Below, piece after piece: positions 36,749 through 49,840 of a stretch of 64,000 nucleotides of DNA. Under the pieces are notes generated by a model. The model had not been told where the DNA came from, ran no database searches, and was given only the letters and a program-made list of their open reading frames with translations. The stretch is from contig NW_026782492.1 of assembly GCF_031769215.1 (NCBI RefSeq), positions 248,001-312,000 of the forward strand, written 5' to 3'. Position 1 is the first letter of the stretch. Every line of letters begins with the position of its first letter. This DNA comes from Ylistrum balloti. Lineage: Eukaryota. Made by a program: the position numbers and the translations under genes.

Positions 36749-39463
36749 TTAATTGACTTCCGGTGTCTTGCTCCTGTGCCGGATATGATTCCCTGTTCCG
36801 TGACGTCGCCTGAACTTTCGGTGATCGCTTAATAACGGAACACGACGGGGAAGAAGGCATGCAAACGGTTTATTTGCATCGTCAAATCCGGCTTCGATTC
36901 GACCGTTTGTGACAATGAATCCACAGTGACTAGCGTTTAGCAGCTGTGGACCGCGACAAACCTTCACACTCCAATTTATTCCGATTCTGACCTCCAGGAA
37001 GTTTGATTTCAGTTGCAAAGACATATTATTGGGAAACATCCTAATGAATTTCGGTCCAGAATTGATACTAACTTCACCTCTTTCGTTCTGAACTATTTTA
37101 ACACCATTGATTCTAACAACAGACGATCCGTTTGTTCCGTGCTCAATATTAGCTTCCTCTGCTATTGCCCTTGCACGTTGTGTGACGATATCACTGCTCC
37201 TCTGTGAAGCGAACAGGAAGTCAACTGATAGGTCATTGCGCAGGTCAGAAAATTCGGGTTCTGTTTCTTCTATATCCTCGTAGTCAAATTTATAGCACTT
37301 GAAGTTGTTAGCGAATACAATAGCCTCCGCTTTCATCTTGACCTTCCTTTGCAGGAATACTTCAACTTCTACGGCTTCAAGGTCCTGTGTTACCCTCGCC
37401 GCTGGATGGAACACGTAGCTTTCTGTTCCTTGGCTGCTAATCAGTGCCACTAGTTTTTTCTTGTGGTTGACAGCACGGAGCACTTGATCTGTTGTCATTT
37501 CCACTGAGAAGTCATGACGCAACAGCACCGTAATGAGTCCAGCCTCGGACAAGTAAATTGCTGGATACCGGAAGTCTATCTGCTGATTTCCGTTCGAGGT
37601 GTTAGGGAATTGCAAGTGCTGATTGCTCGGGCCCGTTGTTTGATCTGTTTGTTGAAAAGATGACATATCATTTGGGTTCGCATTCGGTAACAAAATGTTT
37701 CTGGGATAAACTGGGTATGCAGGATGCCCTAGTCCATGTTGACAAAAATATGGTCTTTGCTGAAGTAGGTAGCCATTGTTTGTGCAGTGGTGTACAGGAA
37801 ACATATAAGTCTCTCCATAGAAATGATTTGAATACGATGGATCGGTATTAAAGGCTGCAAGATGAGGTGGTCCATCATAGGTTAGGACCCCTGAATGAGA
37901 TTCTGATGTTTGGTACGAATTATCAGCGTTGCTATACGCTGTATACTGGCCGTTACAATATTGCATGGGGACAAATGGTTCACACTCCGGATTAAGGGAA
38001 GAATTTGGAAACGACGACAGACTTTCATTTGTGCTTGTCGGTGTGGTGTCGATAGTTCCTTGTATATCCAGTATACCGGTATTCGAATTCATAATCGTTT
38101 CTACTGACTTTGGAACTTCGGTCTTTTCTATATCTGCGTCGACAGCTTGTTGTGTTTCAACTACGTCGGCCGACGTTTGGGGATCGTACCATGTTTCTGT
38201 GATTTCACTGGGGTTTTCACAAGGTGAGAACGATATATCAGCGTCTCCGTGTTGTCCTTTATAAGGTGGCTCGTAACAAGTACCTTGTATTTCATTTGTG
38301 TTCGCTAAGTCACCATCACTTTGCCGCGGTGTTCTATACAACGTCCTGTCATTATCCACAATGTTGAACTGGTTTATAAACCCATTCGTTGATTGACAAT
38401 GACCTTCTGGTGTACGCTCCAAACTTTTTGTCTGGCCTTCGTGAAAATCTTTCGAAATTGGGGGATATTGAGATGCATCTGCAAAGTTGTCAGATATCGG
38501 ATACTCAAATGCAATGTTAGAGCTTTGATCGGGGGTCGTGTAGCTGTTTTCATAGTCTTGTTGTGGATAGGGGACGTCGTTTGTACCCGACTTCCCGTAT
38601 GATCCTTCATTGAACATTTCGGAAGCGGTATAAATAACTCTGTCGTGGTCACAATTTGTCGCAGTGGCACATATGACGCTTGGTCCACCGTCAAACGGGC
38701 TAAACACCGCACAAGAATCGTAATATTCTATCTCCCCGTCAAGATCTTCTAGCTCGGGAAGTCCTGGGTTGTCGGTAGGAATGTTCAGACGCGAAGTCAC
38801 GGTGGTCGCCTCTGGTTGCTTTTGGATTTGGTTCGGTTGAATTCCCGCGTTATTAGTTAAAGAAACTGAACTGATCATGGGCCGTTCATCAGAAGAAACC
38901 ATTTCCTCGGATTGAACCATTTCCAATATTTTGTCGAGAGTTTCACGAACTGCATTGTCAAACTCAACTTCTTCTTTAGTTTCAATGGCCAGTGAAAATC
39001 CGGAGACTTGGCGGTTTTCTGGACTGGTTTCCTCTTCTGCATCAACAAAAACATCCTTTCCTTCGTCATCTATCGTCGTATCTTCTGATGTTGATGTCAC
39101 CGTATCGACATACTTGTCAGTATCGTCGCTGCTCTCGTTTGAATAATCATCGCATTTAGGTAAAGTCTGTGCTGAAGTGACCGCCTGACACGGTACGATG
39201 ATGCAAATACCATCTGTATCTGTATCGCTATCTTCCTCAATGTCATCGTCAGTATTGTCTTTGATACCGACGACCATATCATTTATAATTTCAGATGCGA
39301 TGCTGTAAGCTACCAAGTTAGTCTCATATGCGGTTGCCATCGTAAGGGTGCCGACTTCTGGAAAACTGTTTCCGCTGTCGCTAACCATCATGTTGACGTT
39401 GACTACGCACAGTATCTGTGACGTTTTTAACACAACTATTTCAGGAAAATGTAACGTCGACAT
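36749..39463 (-). CDS. Single-exon ~900-aa protein: acidic disordered N-terminus, PAM2-like motif, C-terminal domain resembling the protostome Fest (wurstfest)-like family
   Basis: Seen: 2.7-kb uninterrupted ORF, GC- and CpG-richer than its flanks. First ATG at 39463, alternative MM at 39391. C-terminal VEMTTDQVLRAVN...VFHPAARVTQ...FSDLRNDLSVDFLF...INGVKIVQNERGEVSI...GFIVTNGRIEAGFD aligns by eye with my recollection of the insect/nematode family. The coding call is strong; the family name is unverified. Confidence 0.85.
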   Translation of the reverse strand: MSTLHFPEIVVLKTSQILCVVNVNMMVSDSGNSFPEVGTLTMATAYETNLVAYSIASEIINDMVVGIKDNTDDDIEEDSDTDTDGICIIVPCQAVTSAQTLPKCDDYSNESSDDTDKYVDTVTSTSEDTTIDDEGKDVFVDAEEETSPENRQVSGFSLAIETKEEVEFDNAVRETLDKILEMVQSEEMVSSDERPMISSVSLTNNAGIQPNQIQKQPEATTVTSRLNIPTDNPGLPELEDLDGEIEYYDSCAVFSPFDGGPSVICATATNCDHDRVIYTASEMFNEGSYGKSGTNDVPYPQQDYENSYTTPDQSSNIAFEYPISDNFADASQYPPISKDFHEGQTKSLERTPEGHCQSTNGFINQFNIVDNDRTLYRTPRQSDGDLANTNEIQGTCYEPPYKGQHGDADISFSPCENPSEITETWYDPQTSADVVETQQAVDADIEKTEVPKSVETIMNSNTGILDIQGTIDTTPTSTNESLSSFPNSSLNPECEPFVPMQYCNGQYTAYSNADNSYQTSESHSGVLTYDGPPHLAAFNTDPSYSNHFYGETYMFPVHHCTNNGYLLQQRPYFCQHGLGHPAYPVYPRNILLPNANPNDMSSFQQTDQTTGPSNQHLQFPNTSNGNQQIDFRYPAIYLSEAGLITVLLRHDFSVEMTTDQVLRAVNHKKKLVALISSQGTESYVFHPAARVTQDLEAVEVEVFLQRKVKMKAEAIVFANNFKCYKFDYEDIEETEPEFSDLRNDLSVDFLFASQRSSDIVTQRARAIAEEANIEHGTNGSSVVRINGVKIVQNERGEVSINSGPKFIRMFPNNMSLQLKSNFLEVRIGINWSVKVCRGPQLLNASHCGFIVTNGRIEAGFDDANKPFACLLPRRVPLLSDHRKFRRRHGTGNHIRHRSKTPEVN

Positions 39464-39939
39464 TTGTGACGTCACAGACCATTGTTCAAAGATCCAGATA
39501 AGGTCATAGTTGATTAGAAAGGGTGGAGGGTTAAAGAATAATGCTTAAGAAATCAAAAGAGAGAACATTGATTAAATTACATGTATATCCAACTAGATAG
39601 AAAGGTTACGTAGCTATGAATCATCCGTATTTCTTTATTTACTTGTTCTTTAGTACTTAAAAATCAAAATCAGTAGTTCTGATATTTAATCATTGGTACT
39701 GATGTGATAAGTCTCCCATGTTTTCTGTTATTAAATCTAACGTTGCACACTTTCGTCTATCAAGAAAAGTCGCGAAAGCGAAACTTTCTTGTTATTTCCT
39801 TCTCGGGAAGATAATGTGTTTTGGGGTCGAATTTTCATGTTTTGAGAATCAATGGACTTTTTTATTTACATATGATGTTTAACAATATAATTACTGGTTT
39901 TATCTCCCCGAGAACATGTAAGAGTCATTTTGAGAAGGG

Positions 39940-40090
39940 TTCTCAAGTTGTTATTTGGTACCTCACTGAACAACATACGAGAGGTCCGTCGCATGCAATT
40001 AGGTTGAAGTGTCTTGCTCAAGGACACAACCACCCCAGTCTGTCGACGAGTAGCTGAGAAACGGACAATCTGTGCTGACGTGGCTGTGGA
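39940..40090. mobile_element. SINE fragment with conserved core
   Basis: Seen: gcaattaggttgaagtgtcttgctcaaggacacaac, shared with the fragment at 23400-23475. Confidence 0.5.
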
Positions 40091-41789
40091 CAATCGAAAA
40101 GTAATTAGCGCAGTTCTTGTGAGTAGATTTCAGAGGTTTTAAATACAAATTCTTTATTGAGGACTACTCTTTAGAAATAGAGATATATCTTATGTCAGCT
40201 AGGATAAATCAATGAATTTATGGAGGATGATCGACAGTCCTTCGGCTGTACAGTCACTGACACGACATGTGGAAATTATAAGGGCGACAACTCTTTCGTA
40301 CTTATCATTGCTATTACTTTAGAAAACGGGAAACACTTGCTTCAGATTATGACATACCGTAATTATACAGCAAAAGAAATTCCATCGCTTCATTAAATGA
40401 TGCCACTTACTCTCCGTGTGCCATGTGTGGTAACAATCATCAGATTTTTATAAACTGGTATATATGGAAACACATTGAAGAAATACTAGGTTAACATGTT
40501 TTTATCAAATACTCGTAAAATATATCATGTTTAACTTTTTAAAGTTTCATTTATTTTAATTTTTTTTATTTCATTTACCCTTTTCTTTTAATTTCTGAGT
40601 TTTTTTTACAATTTTATAGTTTGCATACTTTTTTTCTCTTTCCTATTGTCTTCTCATGTGTTTCCTCTTTCACTTTTATTCAATTATATGTTTAAGAGAT
40701 GTATATTCTGAACTGATTGCTTGGTCCTAGGTTTGCAGTGTCAATGGCATGTTAACATAAAATTGTCAGTTTAACTATTTTTTTTATAATTTTAATTACT
40801 AGTGAATTCAGATTTATGACATGACCACGTATCTCCTGATACTTGGTTGTGGAGAAGAAAAGGTAAATTTTGTGACGCTTGAGAACATGGATAGCTCGGA
40901 GTCAAATGGAGCCAGAGTCCCAATAATGTCATTTCATTTTCTTAAGATTATGTCCGCCTATCAGGTAACAGAAATTTGTCATTTTTATAAAGATTCATAA
41001 TACAATTATTTCAATGTGTGGTCAGTTATCGTGGTTTTTAAACAATATCTTTTATCAATATCTATACATGACAATTATCTTTTTTTTTTTTTAAGATTTG
41101 AAAACAAAACAGAAGCATCTAGAAATACATCTAATTTGAAATGTACGTTTATATGAAACTGTAATATTGTTTCTCTAATTAGTGTCGTAGATTAGACAAT
41201 CTTATTACGATAAGAGTCATCTTTCACTTCATACGGATGTCGAATAAAAGTGACCCGTGATGCAACAAGCAGCCAAAGGTATATAAAATTCATTATTTCA
41301 ATTTTGTTCCTGTGGCTGTAGTATACATGAACGTTAAAGTAGAATCTGTAACTAGGTCAAAGCAATTGTCAATATAAAATATTAATAAAAATATAGGCTT
41401 TCTGCTTGCTGAGTATTTAATATATACAAGAAATCTAATTCCTTTCATTTGTTCTTAATACATTAAAAATAGCTTATTCCGGTTCATCAATAATTATGAT
41501 ATTTGTTGGAAATTGTCTTTACAAAACTTCAGGGGTATCAACATTTAGAGTTATATTACTGATGCCGGCAGACAGTCTAGCTCAGTAGTGCGTTGAATCA
41601 TGCAAGAGTTATGCGCCCTTGAATATACGAAACTAACCTCAGCTTGCCCCAAGCCGCTAACCCATTCAGCTGTTTATTGTACACAGCGTAGTAGGCTTGT
41701 GTATAGTAAAGGCCATGTGAGTATGTGAAAGTTCGAAAAAATATACCTCGTACATCGGGGAAAAATGGATACTGTTCTCAAATTAATGA

Positions 41790-42110
41790 CGGGAATTATA
41801 TTGGTGTGTTTCCCCAAATATGGACTGTTTGCCTCTTCGACAACGGGTAAGTGATTTGTGTATTGTGTTGATAACGGGGTGGGCTTCTGTCATGTTTTTG
41901 AATATTGATTGTTTTACTAACGGTACACGGTAAGCATGAGTCATGCACGCCAGAAACACGTATTGAACTATCGTTGTACTCATCAGGATACAATGATAAT
42001 TCGTAAGAAAGTCGGGTAAAATCTGACTTAAGGCGAATTAAGATATTTTCTAGTTTCTCTTTGTGCAGATAGATACAAATTTGAACTTGCCTCACAGCGC
42101 TGCAGAGCAT
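41790..42110 (-). mobile_element. Possible very decayed 3' end of an L2/CR1-like LINE
   Basis: Seen: fragments KHDRSPPRYQHNTQ and SLTRCRRGKQSIF in adjacent frames loosely recall the P..RT..F..SF.P terminal motif. Inference only. Confidence 0.25.
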
Positions 42111-43884
42111 TTAACAGTTCAAGCTTAGATCATTTTAGAGCTCTAGAGAGACGTTGTATGAAGGAAGAAAAGGTTAGACGCGGAGGTTCTTATAAACATG
42201 TGTTGATAATTATCAGGAAATTATGGAACTTAAAATTGGAGAACAAGCATACTGAGAACCGTGGCACTAAAAAACAATTTAAAGAAAAAAATGGCGAAGT
42301 TCATTCAAGATCCATTGATAAAGGCCATAATAATAAGGACATATTGAATCAAATGGGGTATCTCAATGATTTTGTTTTCTTTCCCTTTTTTGTCTCAATT
42401 AATATAGTTGGACATATTTTCAGTACATCCCCAATAATTATGTATGATCCATGGATAACCTCATTTAGCATTTAGCTAACAATTTTGTTGTGGTAGACCC
42501 ATAAAATATACCAGTGGATATGTGTAAGACTAGGTACTCATAGCCCATAATGCTAGGAACCTGTAAATCAGTGTTTTCCAAAACATCAAAAAATATCTTT
42601 CAGCTAGAAGAAAACATAGTTTATAAATGATTTTTTTTTTTCAAAATCCATCAGTTAAGATTCCTAAAACAGTTGAATTTGTTTTATCGGCATCCTCATC
42701 AACCACACCTAATAAATATATCTTTGACTGAAACATTTCTGACCCCAAATTTTGGGGTTTGGTGATGAAATTGAGTCAAGAATGTTTCTCATAATAAATT
42801 TTACTTTGGTAAATATATAGTTTTGAACACCCCAAGTCAACCCTCATTAACAAAGATTCTTGTGCTTTAAAGTCAAGATCTACTTGCTGTATAGATAAAT
42901 GTGATCATTATTATGGGTTAGGTACCGTTATATGGATTTAAATAATTTCTGTGTTATCTTTTTAGGCGAGTCCAGAACACAAACCCATAATGCAAGTCCA
43001 ATTACGAAGAAATATTGTTGGGTCTCAGAGTTTGAGAGTCCCACAAGAAAAGCATAGTGTTCAGTTTACAATTTATTTTCATGAACCCTTTTCAACTTTA
43101 TTGTTAAAAAAATGGGTTCCTACAGTGTAAATATAAGTATTTCCAGAAATTATATGAGTCCCATTAAAATTGATGAGAACAGGACTCAAGACTCACATGT
43201 TGATTGATCATTGAAAACACGAGTCCAGGACTCAAATATATGAGTCCCAAAACACAGTGGATTTCCCTGATGAAGGGAAAACCTTTTATGAGTTCCTCAT
43301 AAAACATTAACCTTTTGCATCTCAAGATCCAACCTTGCATTGATCATCAGAGAATTCTCTTTTCTGGGCTCTATGTAAATTTTCATAAACATATACTTTT
43401 ACCATATATGCTATATAGATTGTAATCCAGGCTGGATTGTTGCTCAGTGATGCAGAAGTAGCACATTTTTTAACCATACTTTGGTGATTCATCTCACCTT
43501 TTTATAGCTTCTCAGTCGAGATCAATACACGTCACTCAGTATATATATGGTCACTGATTGCTAGACTATTGCTGACAGTACATGATGAGAAGACTCTCAT
43601 GAAATTTTATCATCATGTAGCATGTTATTTAAGCCCACTTCCAGTGCAGTTGGAAGGTCACATATAATATATCTTCATCAACAAAAACCAAAAAATGTAC
43701 ACCCAATTTTGTTTTCATGTGGTTATGAACAGCTTTTTACTTCATTGGTAAATGTCTGAAAATTCATAGATTTGTTTGTGAATTGGTAACAAGGTTTTAA
43801 AGTTTCATCAAGGTTCATGAGACTGGAGACATAAGTAATAAGTCAAAGATGATATATTTATCTAATATTTATCATATAAATTAC

Positions 43885-44025
43885 TCTTGCTGGCCTTGAT
43901 GGAAGTGTGAGGAGTGCCCAGGAAAAGCCGTCACATAGGTGACCTGGTACCTTGAACATTCAGAGAATCGAACCCTGGACGTCTAGGTGTAAGCCAATTG
44001 TGTTACCACTGCATCACCAGGCCAC
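43885..44025 (-). mobile_element. tRNA-derived SINE remnant
   Basis: Seen on the minus strand: A-box-like ggtgatgcagtggt, B-box GGTTCGATTC (43965-43974), then ggcttttcctgggcactcc, resembling the GGTTTTCTCCGGGTACTCC SINE central motif. Confidence 0.6.
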
Positions 44026-47000
44026 ATGATGATCTGACACAAACAATTCAGCAGTTATTGTGATCAGAGGGGATCAACATGTGACAATCTGTAATGAAAC
44101 ATAGCTCAAGTTGTATAAAGACAGTACATGTCAGTATCAGTAAGGCACAAGATTATTCTTCCATGCATGACATGTGTAACATGCCGTTATTACAAACAGT
44201 TCCCAGATGTGTTTTATGATAGACAGCCAGGCCAATTGAGGTGTAGGTTACAATCACATGGGGTCATGCATATGCCAACTAATTTTAACACTACATAGAC
44301 AAATACAAAAACAAAGGAGAAAAAACAATACAATACTTTGGTTATTCAACATATTTGAAACCTAATGCTAGTTTTGTCACGAAAAACGTGAACTATCAAA
44401 TTACTTTGTGGGAATATTGAAGTATTTTATATTTAAAGGATGACATGTTCATGATTCTAATCTCCAACTTGTACATGTACATGCAATTCCAGAGTGCACC
44501 ATTTTGATTTGTAACTGTCACTGAATGAAAGTTTTTCATCTAGATCTGCAGCCCTTTCTTCTTGGTTTATTGTATGACAATGATGAGATGGTTATACAGC
44601 ATTTGAACCTTGGCTGGGTGCACAGTAGGCCTAGGTTCAAATCCCTGCATACATGTATAGTTAAAATATTGTGTGTCATATAGTTGTCTTGTTTTAGAAA
44701 TATTTTCTTAGCATCTCGTTTTATTTCTTCAGGAACTTAATACTTAATAAAATACTTGTTGATTGTTTTAGGATAAATACTTTAATATTGTAGGTAAGCT
44801 TTGTTGCTGATGTTGTTGACCAGCTTGTACATTACATGTCTACATTGTGTAAATCTTCAAGGTAATGAAAAACCAGTCTGTTAAGAATTCAGTATGTGAT
44901 TGAATAAACAAAGTAGGGGCTGATCTATTGTAATCCGTTGAGAGATCAGACATACACACACAGACAGGTTTGGTGGGGCTGGAATAATCTTTTACCTGTG
45001 TCTGGTGACACTTGTTTTAAAGAAATAAAATAAAATTGTTGAGTCAATATTGACAACAGATTGGATGTTTGATCAAGTTACCGGTTTTAACTAATGGACA
45101 GTATAGAAAGTTTTGGATTTGATAAAACGTTACACAAGGTAATGTTTACTCTGATGTAATGCAGGTAAGGTAAGGTGTACCTAGACTCATAAACAACATG
45201 AAAATACTTGTATATTTATAAGCATTTTGATATCTTATGCTACTTATACCATGGCATGTGTATTTCAATATTGCAAATTTGTGAAATTCAGAGCATTTGT
45301 TGGATAAATAAAAAACATATGTATTTCAGACATTTGAATGAAACAGTTGTAGGAATGTATCAGATTGGAATAATTTTTGTGTAATTATTTAAATACCTGT
45401 AGGCTATGTATAAAATGATAAAATGTGTCACTGAACTGTTTCAAGCATCAAAATATCCTCCTCCTTTTGAAGTGGATGTTTATGATCAGGCAAAGAAACC
45501 GATGATAACAACAGCTTAAATCAAGTGTTCAATACCTAATCAGGTAAGGAGATTACAGGACAGTGACGATAACTACAAATGGGATTATGAAGTACCCTTT
45601 TTGAGATCATAATCCCTCTACATATTTTCTATTAAAAGATAGAAGAATGTGTAAAGATATAGATGAAATTAGAACTTTAAAGAGGAAAAAGAAATGGTTC
45701 TAAACGCTAGGATATGTAAGAAAAATGACAAGATCTGGATTTTATACACAGATGTTGAAGAGGTGTGTTTGTGAGACATAGTGTATTTGCCACAACAGCA
45801 ATAACTACAGTGTAGCAGGTCCTTTCTTGTATTTTGAATTAAAATTTTTATTATGAAAGTTAATTTCCCATGACTGAAATTTCTCTGCATGATCAGTTGA
45901 GAATTTTACTGCTGAATTACAGATGGGATGTTCCCCAGGAATGTTTCACAAACCAACCACTCATAACTTCTGTCAAAGGCTTTTCTAATTTTCTGGAAAA
46001 TTTGGTGTTCATGAGCGTGACAATTAATGGAACAGCAATTTTGTTTAATGGTGATTGTTTTGTTTGTTTTTATAACATAGCTTGCAGGAAGTGGATTGTA
46101 TTTCATGTTTGAAAAAATCTGTTGGCAGAGATGTTCTTACTGGTAATGTTTTATCATGACAAAGCTTTTTGGCTGAGGACCATATGATGAGATTCTAAAT
46201 TTCTGATTAGGAATTTTAATTATAATATTTATAAAAGAAATATTTTTTGGAGTACATTTTGCATGTACAAATAATATTATGTATATCAATACAAGTTTTC
46301 CAATTCTTTTTAGTGTGACTTCAACTTGAGCACATACAAATGCATTATTTTTCAATAATGACATTTTATTTTGAAAATTTAAATTTTAGTGATGGAATGT
46401 CTTTTTAAATAAAACACAATATGTGAGAAATTAGTCTCTTCATTATTACATTCTTTTAATTGTAATTTATCCATAAAGATTTGGATAAAAAATTATCGTT
46501 AAAAATATTCCTTTGAACCTCATCAGCTGATATATTAATTGTCAGAAAAAATAATTAAAAAATGGTGAGTAATGTGAGATTTTGATCAGAAACAATCTGT
46601 TGGGTGATGAGAGATTGTAATAGATTTGATGAAAACCTCTGATATGACACAACGTCAGGGTCATAACAACCTGAAGTCACGTGTTTCTAGCATTCAGATA
46701 TAAGATGATCTAACCCCACTTGTTCTTTCTTTGTGTTCATAGCTATCCTGCTTGATACATCATCAAAATCATTTATTGATTTTTTTGGTCACATCGATCA
46801 GAGAAAAATGTTTTATCGAATGAATCTCGCATTATGTTTGCTATTGATGCTGCTTAAGCATGCACACGTACTTGCCTCTTTGTTGTACGTGTATGAAATA
46901 TTGAACACAATGCGAGAAATGAAGAAAAATGTAAATGACGATGGCACCATCTGTTGATAGAAGGATTACAACATGTCCGGACAGCGCTAACATATTAAAC

Positions 47001-49019
47001 CGTTTCATTTGGTTTTATTTCAAAGAACAAAATGTATTGCAGTGTAATCAAAGTTAATAATTTATGCATTGTTATAACACCTTGGTTATTTTTATGTGAA
47101 TTCTCTTGCAACAACAAAACATTTAGTTAAAAATTGGGTGATGTTCCAGCTTTTTACATCTGATTAATTTATAGCATTTTATTTGCAATGCCTAACTGTA
47201 AATTAAATTGAACATAACAAGACATTTTCAGTAATAGCAAACCACCTGTTGATTGAAACAGAAGGTAAATTCTGACCAATTGTTGAAATATATTCATGTT
47301 CTGTTGTGTGCAGTAACCTTGGCAATATAGCTTCTTTTGCCATATTGATCCTTATAATTTTTGGGGATTTTCAGTAAACAGAGTTAAACTTAAATTCCTG
47401 GTTTTATTGTATTTTTTAAAATTCTTCATACATGATGGACCTCTTTAGAGGTTTCAATGTTAATTCAAGTTGATAGTTGAAATAAAGATTCGTGTATATC
47501 TCATATTCACATCCAGTGAAATCACCATCAGCTTTATGTATGATCTTGTTATGGGAATCAAAAGGCAGTGCTTGTTTCTGAGAGGGGTTGGAGAGGTCTT
47601 TTCGGGGCTGATAATGGCAGCCCATTCCCATTTGAAATTATTTAGTATTTATACATAAGCCAAATTCAGAGAATTTGAAATCTCCTTTAAATGTCATTTC
47701 TATTTCATCAATTTTAAGAATAATTATTAAAAAGTGAAAGTTGATATATTGACAATGATTTTGAAACAAGGTAAATGCTTTGAGAACCCTTGGATTTGAA
47801 AGTAGACATGTTTTATAGAGTTACAATATACTTCATGCTGGGTAATATCTGTTCATGTCTGCTGTCTGGAATTTTTACAATCATCAAAATTTTTCATAAA
47901 CTGGTAACTTTATGTTTGTTTGTTATGTATGATAATGAACAAGAATTACTTCTAGATAGATGTATAAAATACTAGAAAATGTCAACGGGGCCTCATCTTT
48001 AAATTGCTTATTTATTGTAAGTACATGTTACTGCAGGTAAACTTCAAAAATGAAAGAAAAATGAGTATCAAGAAAAGTCACTCCTTCAGGATCTGATATC
48101 TACATACACTTTTTGTCATAATTTCAAATAGCTTTCTTATCTTGATTAAAGCGATACAGGCAGAATATTTTTAGCTGAAGATTTAGTCTATTTTTTTGGA
48201 CAGAAATGGTGTGATTAAGTATCAAGATTTAAAAAGAAAAGATTTGGTTTGATGATTTAGTTGTAAGTTTCTCGACAGTTGCTAGATTTGTGTTTGTGAT
48301 AAATGAGCACAGTGTCTGGTTTATTTCAGTAGACTGAGAGGATCAGAAGTACATCTTCAATATTTAACATCTTTTGAATTAAAAAAAGATTATTCATCAA
48401 ACAAGTCAGTATATGAGGTGTACATACAAGAGATTATGAAGTATACATTTTGTATTGAACAATATATTTATTTTAATTCTTAATGTTTCTCTATGTCATT
48501 ATGCTTTCCATTTAAGAAATATATATATAATTTTCATGCACAGTATGCTTAATGTATATAAAGTTGATGGAAAGAATGATCTTCTCCGTGTTCCCCATTA
48601 TCTCAATGAGGGTACGAAACCCACTAAATTGGTGAAGTTCAAGACTTGTGCCCCAGATAATCAGGTGAATTTAAAATAAAACTAATTCTGTTGGTTTTCA
48701 TGTATTTAAGTGTATTGGTGATATTTAGTGTTTCCTCCTGTTGTGGAGTTCTATGGTCAACACTACATGTGTATAGATGGAAAATGTTGTTAATTTCTGT
48801 GCTTTTACGCACATTTGCACAAATTAGCAGCCTCACTTCTCACTAGCCATGTGTTTCTGTGAGCTGAAGAATCACATAATTGCCTAATGGCTCACAAATA
48901 CTTATGAGGATTTCTCTTCAAAGTATCGATTATTTGACTGGCTCATTATTCTCTGATTATTATACTAGTACTATTTTTGAGTTACATGTCTTTTGAACAA
49001 AAGATGCCTTAAAACTTAT

Positions 49020-49210
49020 TGTACATTATGAGCTTTAATTACATATCCAAAAATCAGAGTAAAAGTCATTGTCCTTATATGGTTGACCTTCACCTTTGAC
49101 TTCATCCTTCCAATGTTGTTACTGGGGACTGGCACCTGGCTGTGTATTGCTCCAGCACAGGGGATCATTTTCACAGTGTTGCACCTGGTGGGGAGTAGAG
49201 ACTGCACTCG
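49020..49210. mobile_element. Remnant of a non-autonomous (HINE-like) repeat
   Basis: Seen: ttgtacattatgagc...ccaaaaatcag, ttgaccttcacctttgac and ctggggact, motifs typical of the same dispersed family. Inference. Confidence 0.35.
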
Positions 49211-49840
49211 CACCTACATTTGTAGTTTAAAGCGGAGAAGACATTTAAGAGGAGATGTAGAACTCTTGATTTGGTCAGACATTAAACAGGTGTGCCGACT
49301 TCCTGTTTACTTACGATGCTGTCATTAATGCAGTGCTCAGCATATGAGTTACCAGTACTTATATATCGCATTCACTTTAATTCAACCATGTTGATTAGAT
49401 AATTGTTAATGTAGTTAATTTAATGCGATGACATTTTTAGTGGAATATATATCACTCTTTGGCAAATTAGCATAATGATGAATTTTCGCGTCTACAAACA
49501 TTTCCTTTATAATAATTTACCTACATTGTGATGCATTCAGCAAATTTAAGTGCAATGTTTTCAGCACTGAAAAAAAAATTCGCTAAAATATGTATGTTAA
49601 CAGTATTGTGTAATGTGTTATCTTGGCATAACTGGGTGATAAATCGCGTACCAGGGTACAGTTTAAATGATTAATATTTGACTCAGTGTTTTATTAACCA
49701 ATCTTTTTGTACAAAAAAGGATTTTATATTTGTATGCATATTTGATATTCACATACTTGTGCTGGCTAGGAATATGGAGTTGAGTTTATAGCGTACAATT
49801 CAGGCAAGACAAAAATCACACAAAAAAATTCTTACTTCAG

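Noticed and set aside
42158-42475. 105-aa + strand ORF
   Set aside because: It has no recognisable domain, background-like AT-rich composition and no supporting splice or promoter context.
43262-43282. CTGATGA...GAAA as a hammerhead ribozyme core
   Set aside because: Only 3 nt separate the core boxes, so there is no stem II. The sequence is simply a TTCCCT/AGGGAA hairpin.
44601-44642. Hairpin ATTTGAACCT/AGGTTCAAAT with B-box-like GGTTCAAATCC as a tRNA
   Set aside because: There is no cloverleaf or A-box. At most it is a SINE scrap.
49083-49328. Hydrophobic 81-aa ORF as a membrane-protein exon
   Set aside because: It overlaps dispersed-repeat motifs (gaccttcacctttgac, ctggggact), starts at TTG and lacks a convincing acceptor.
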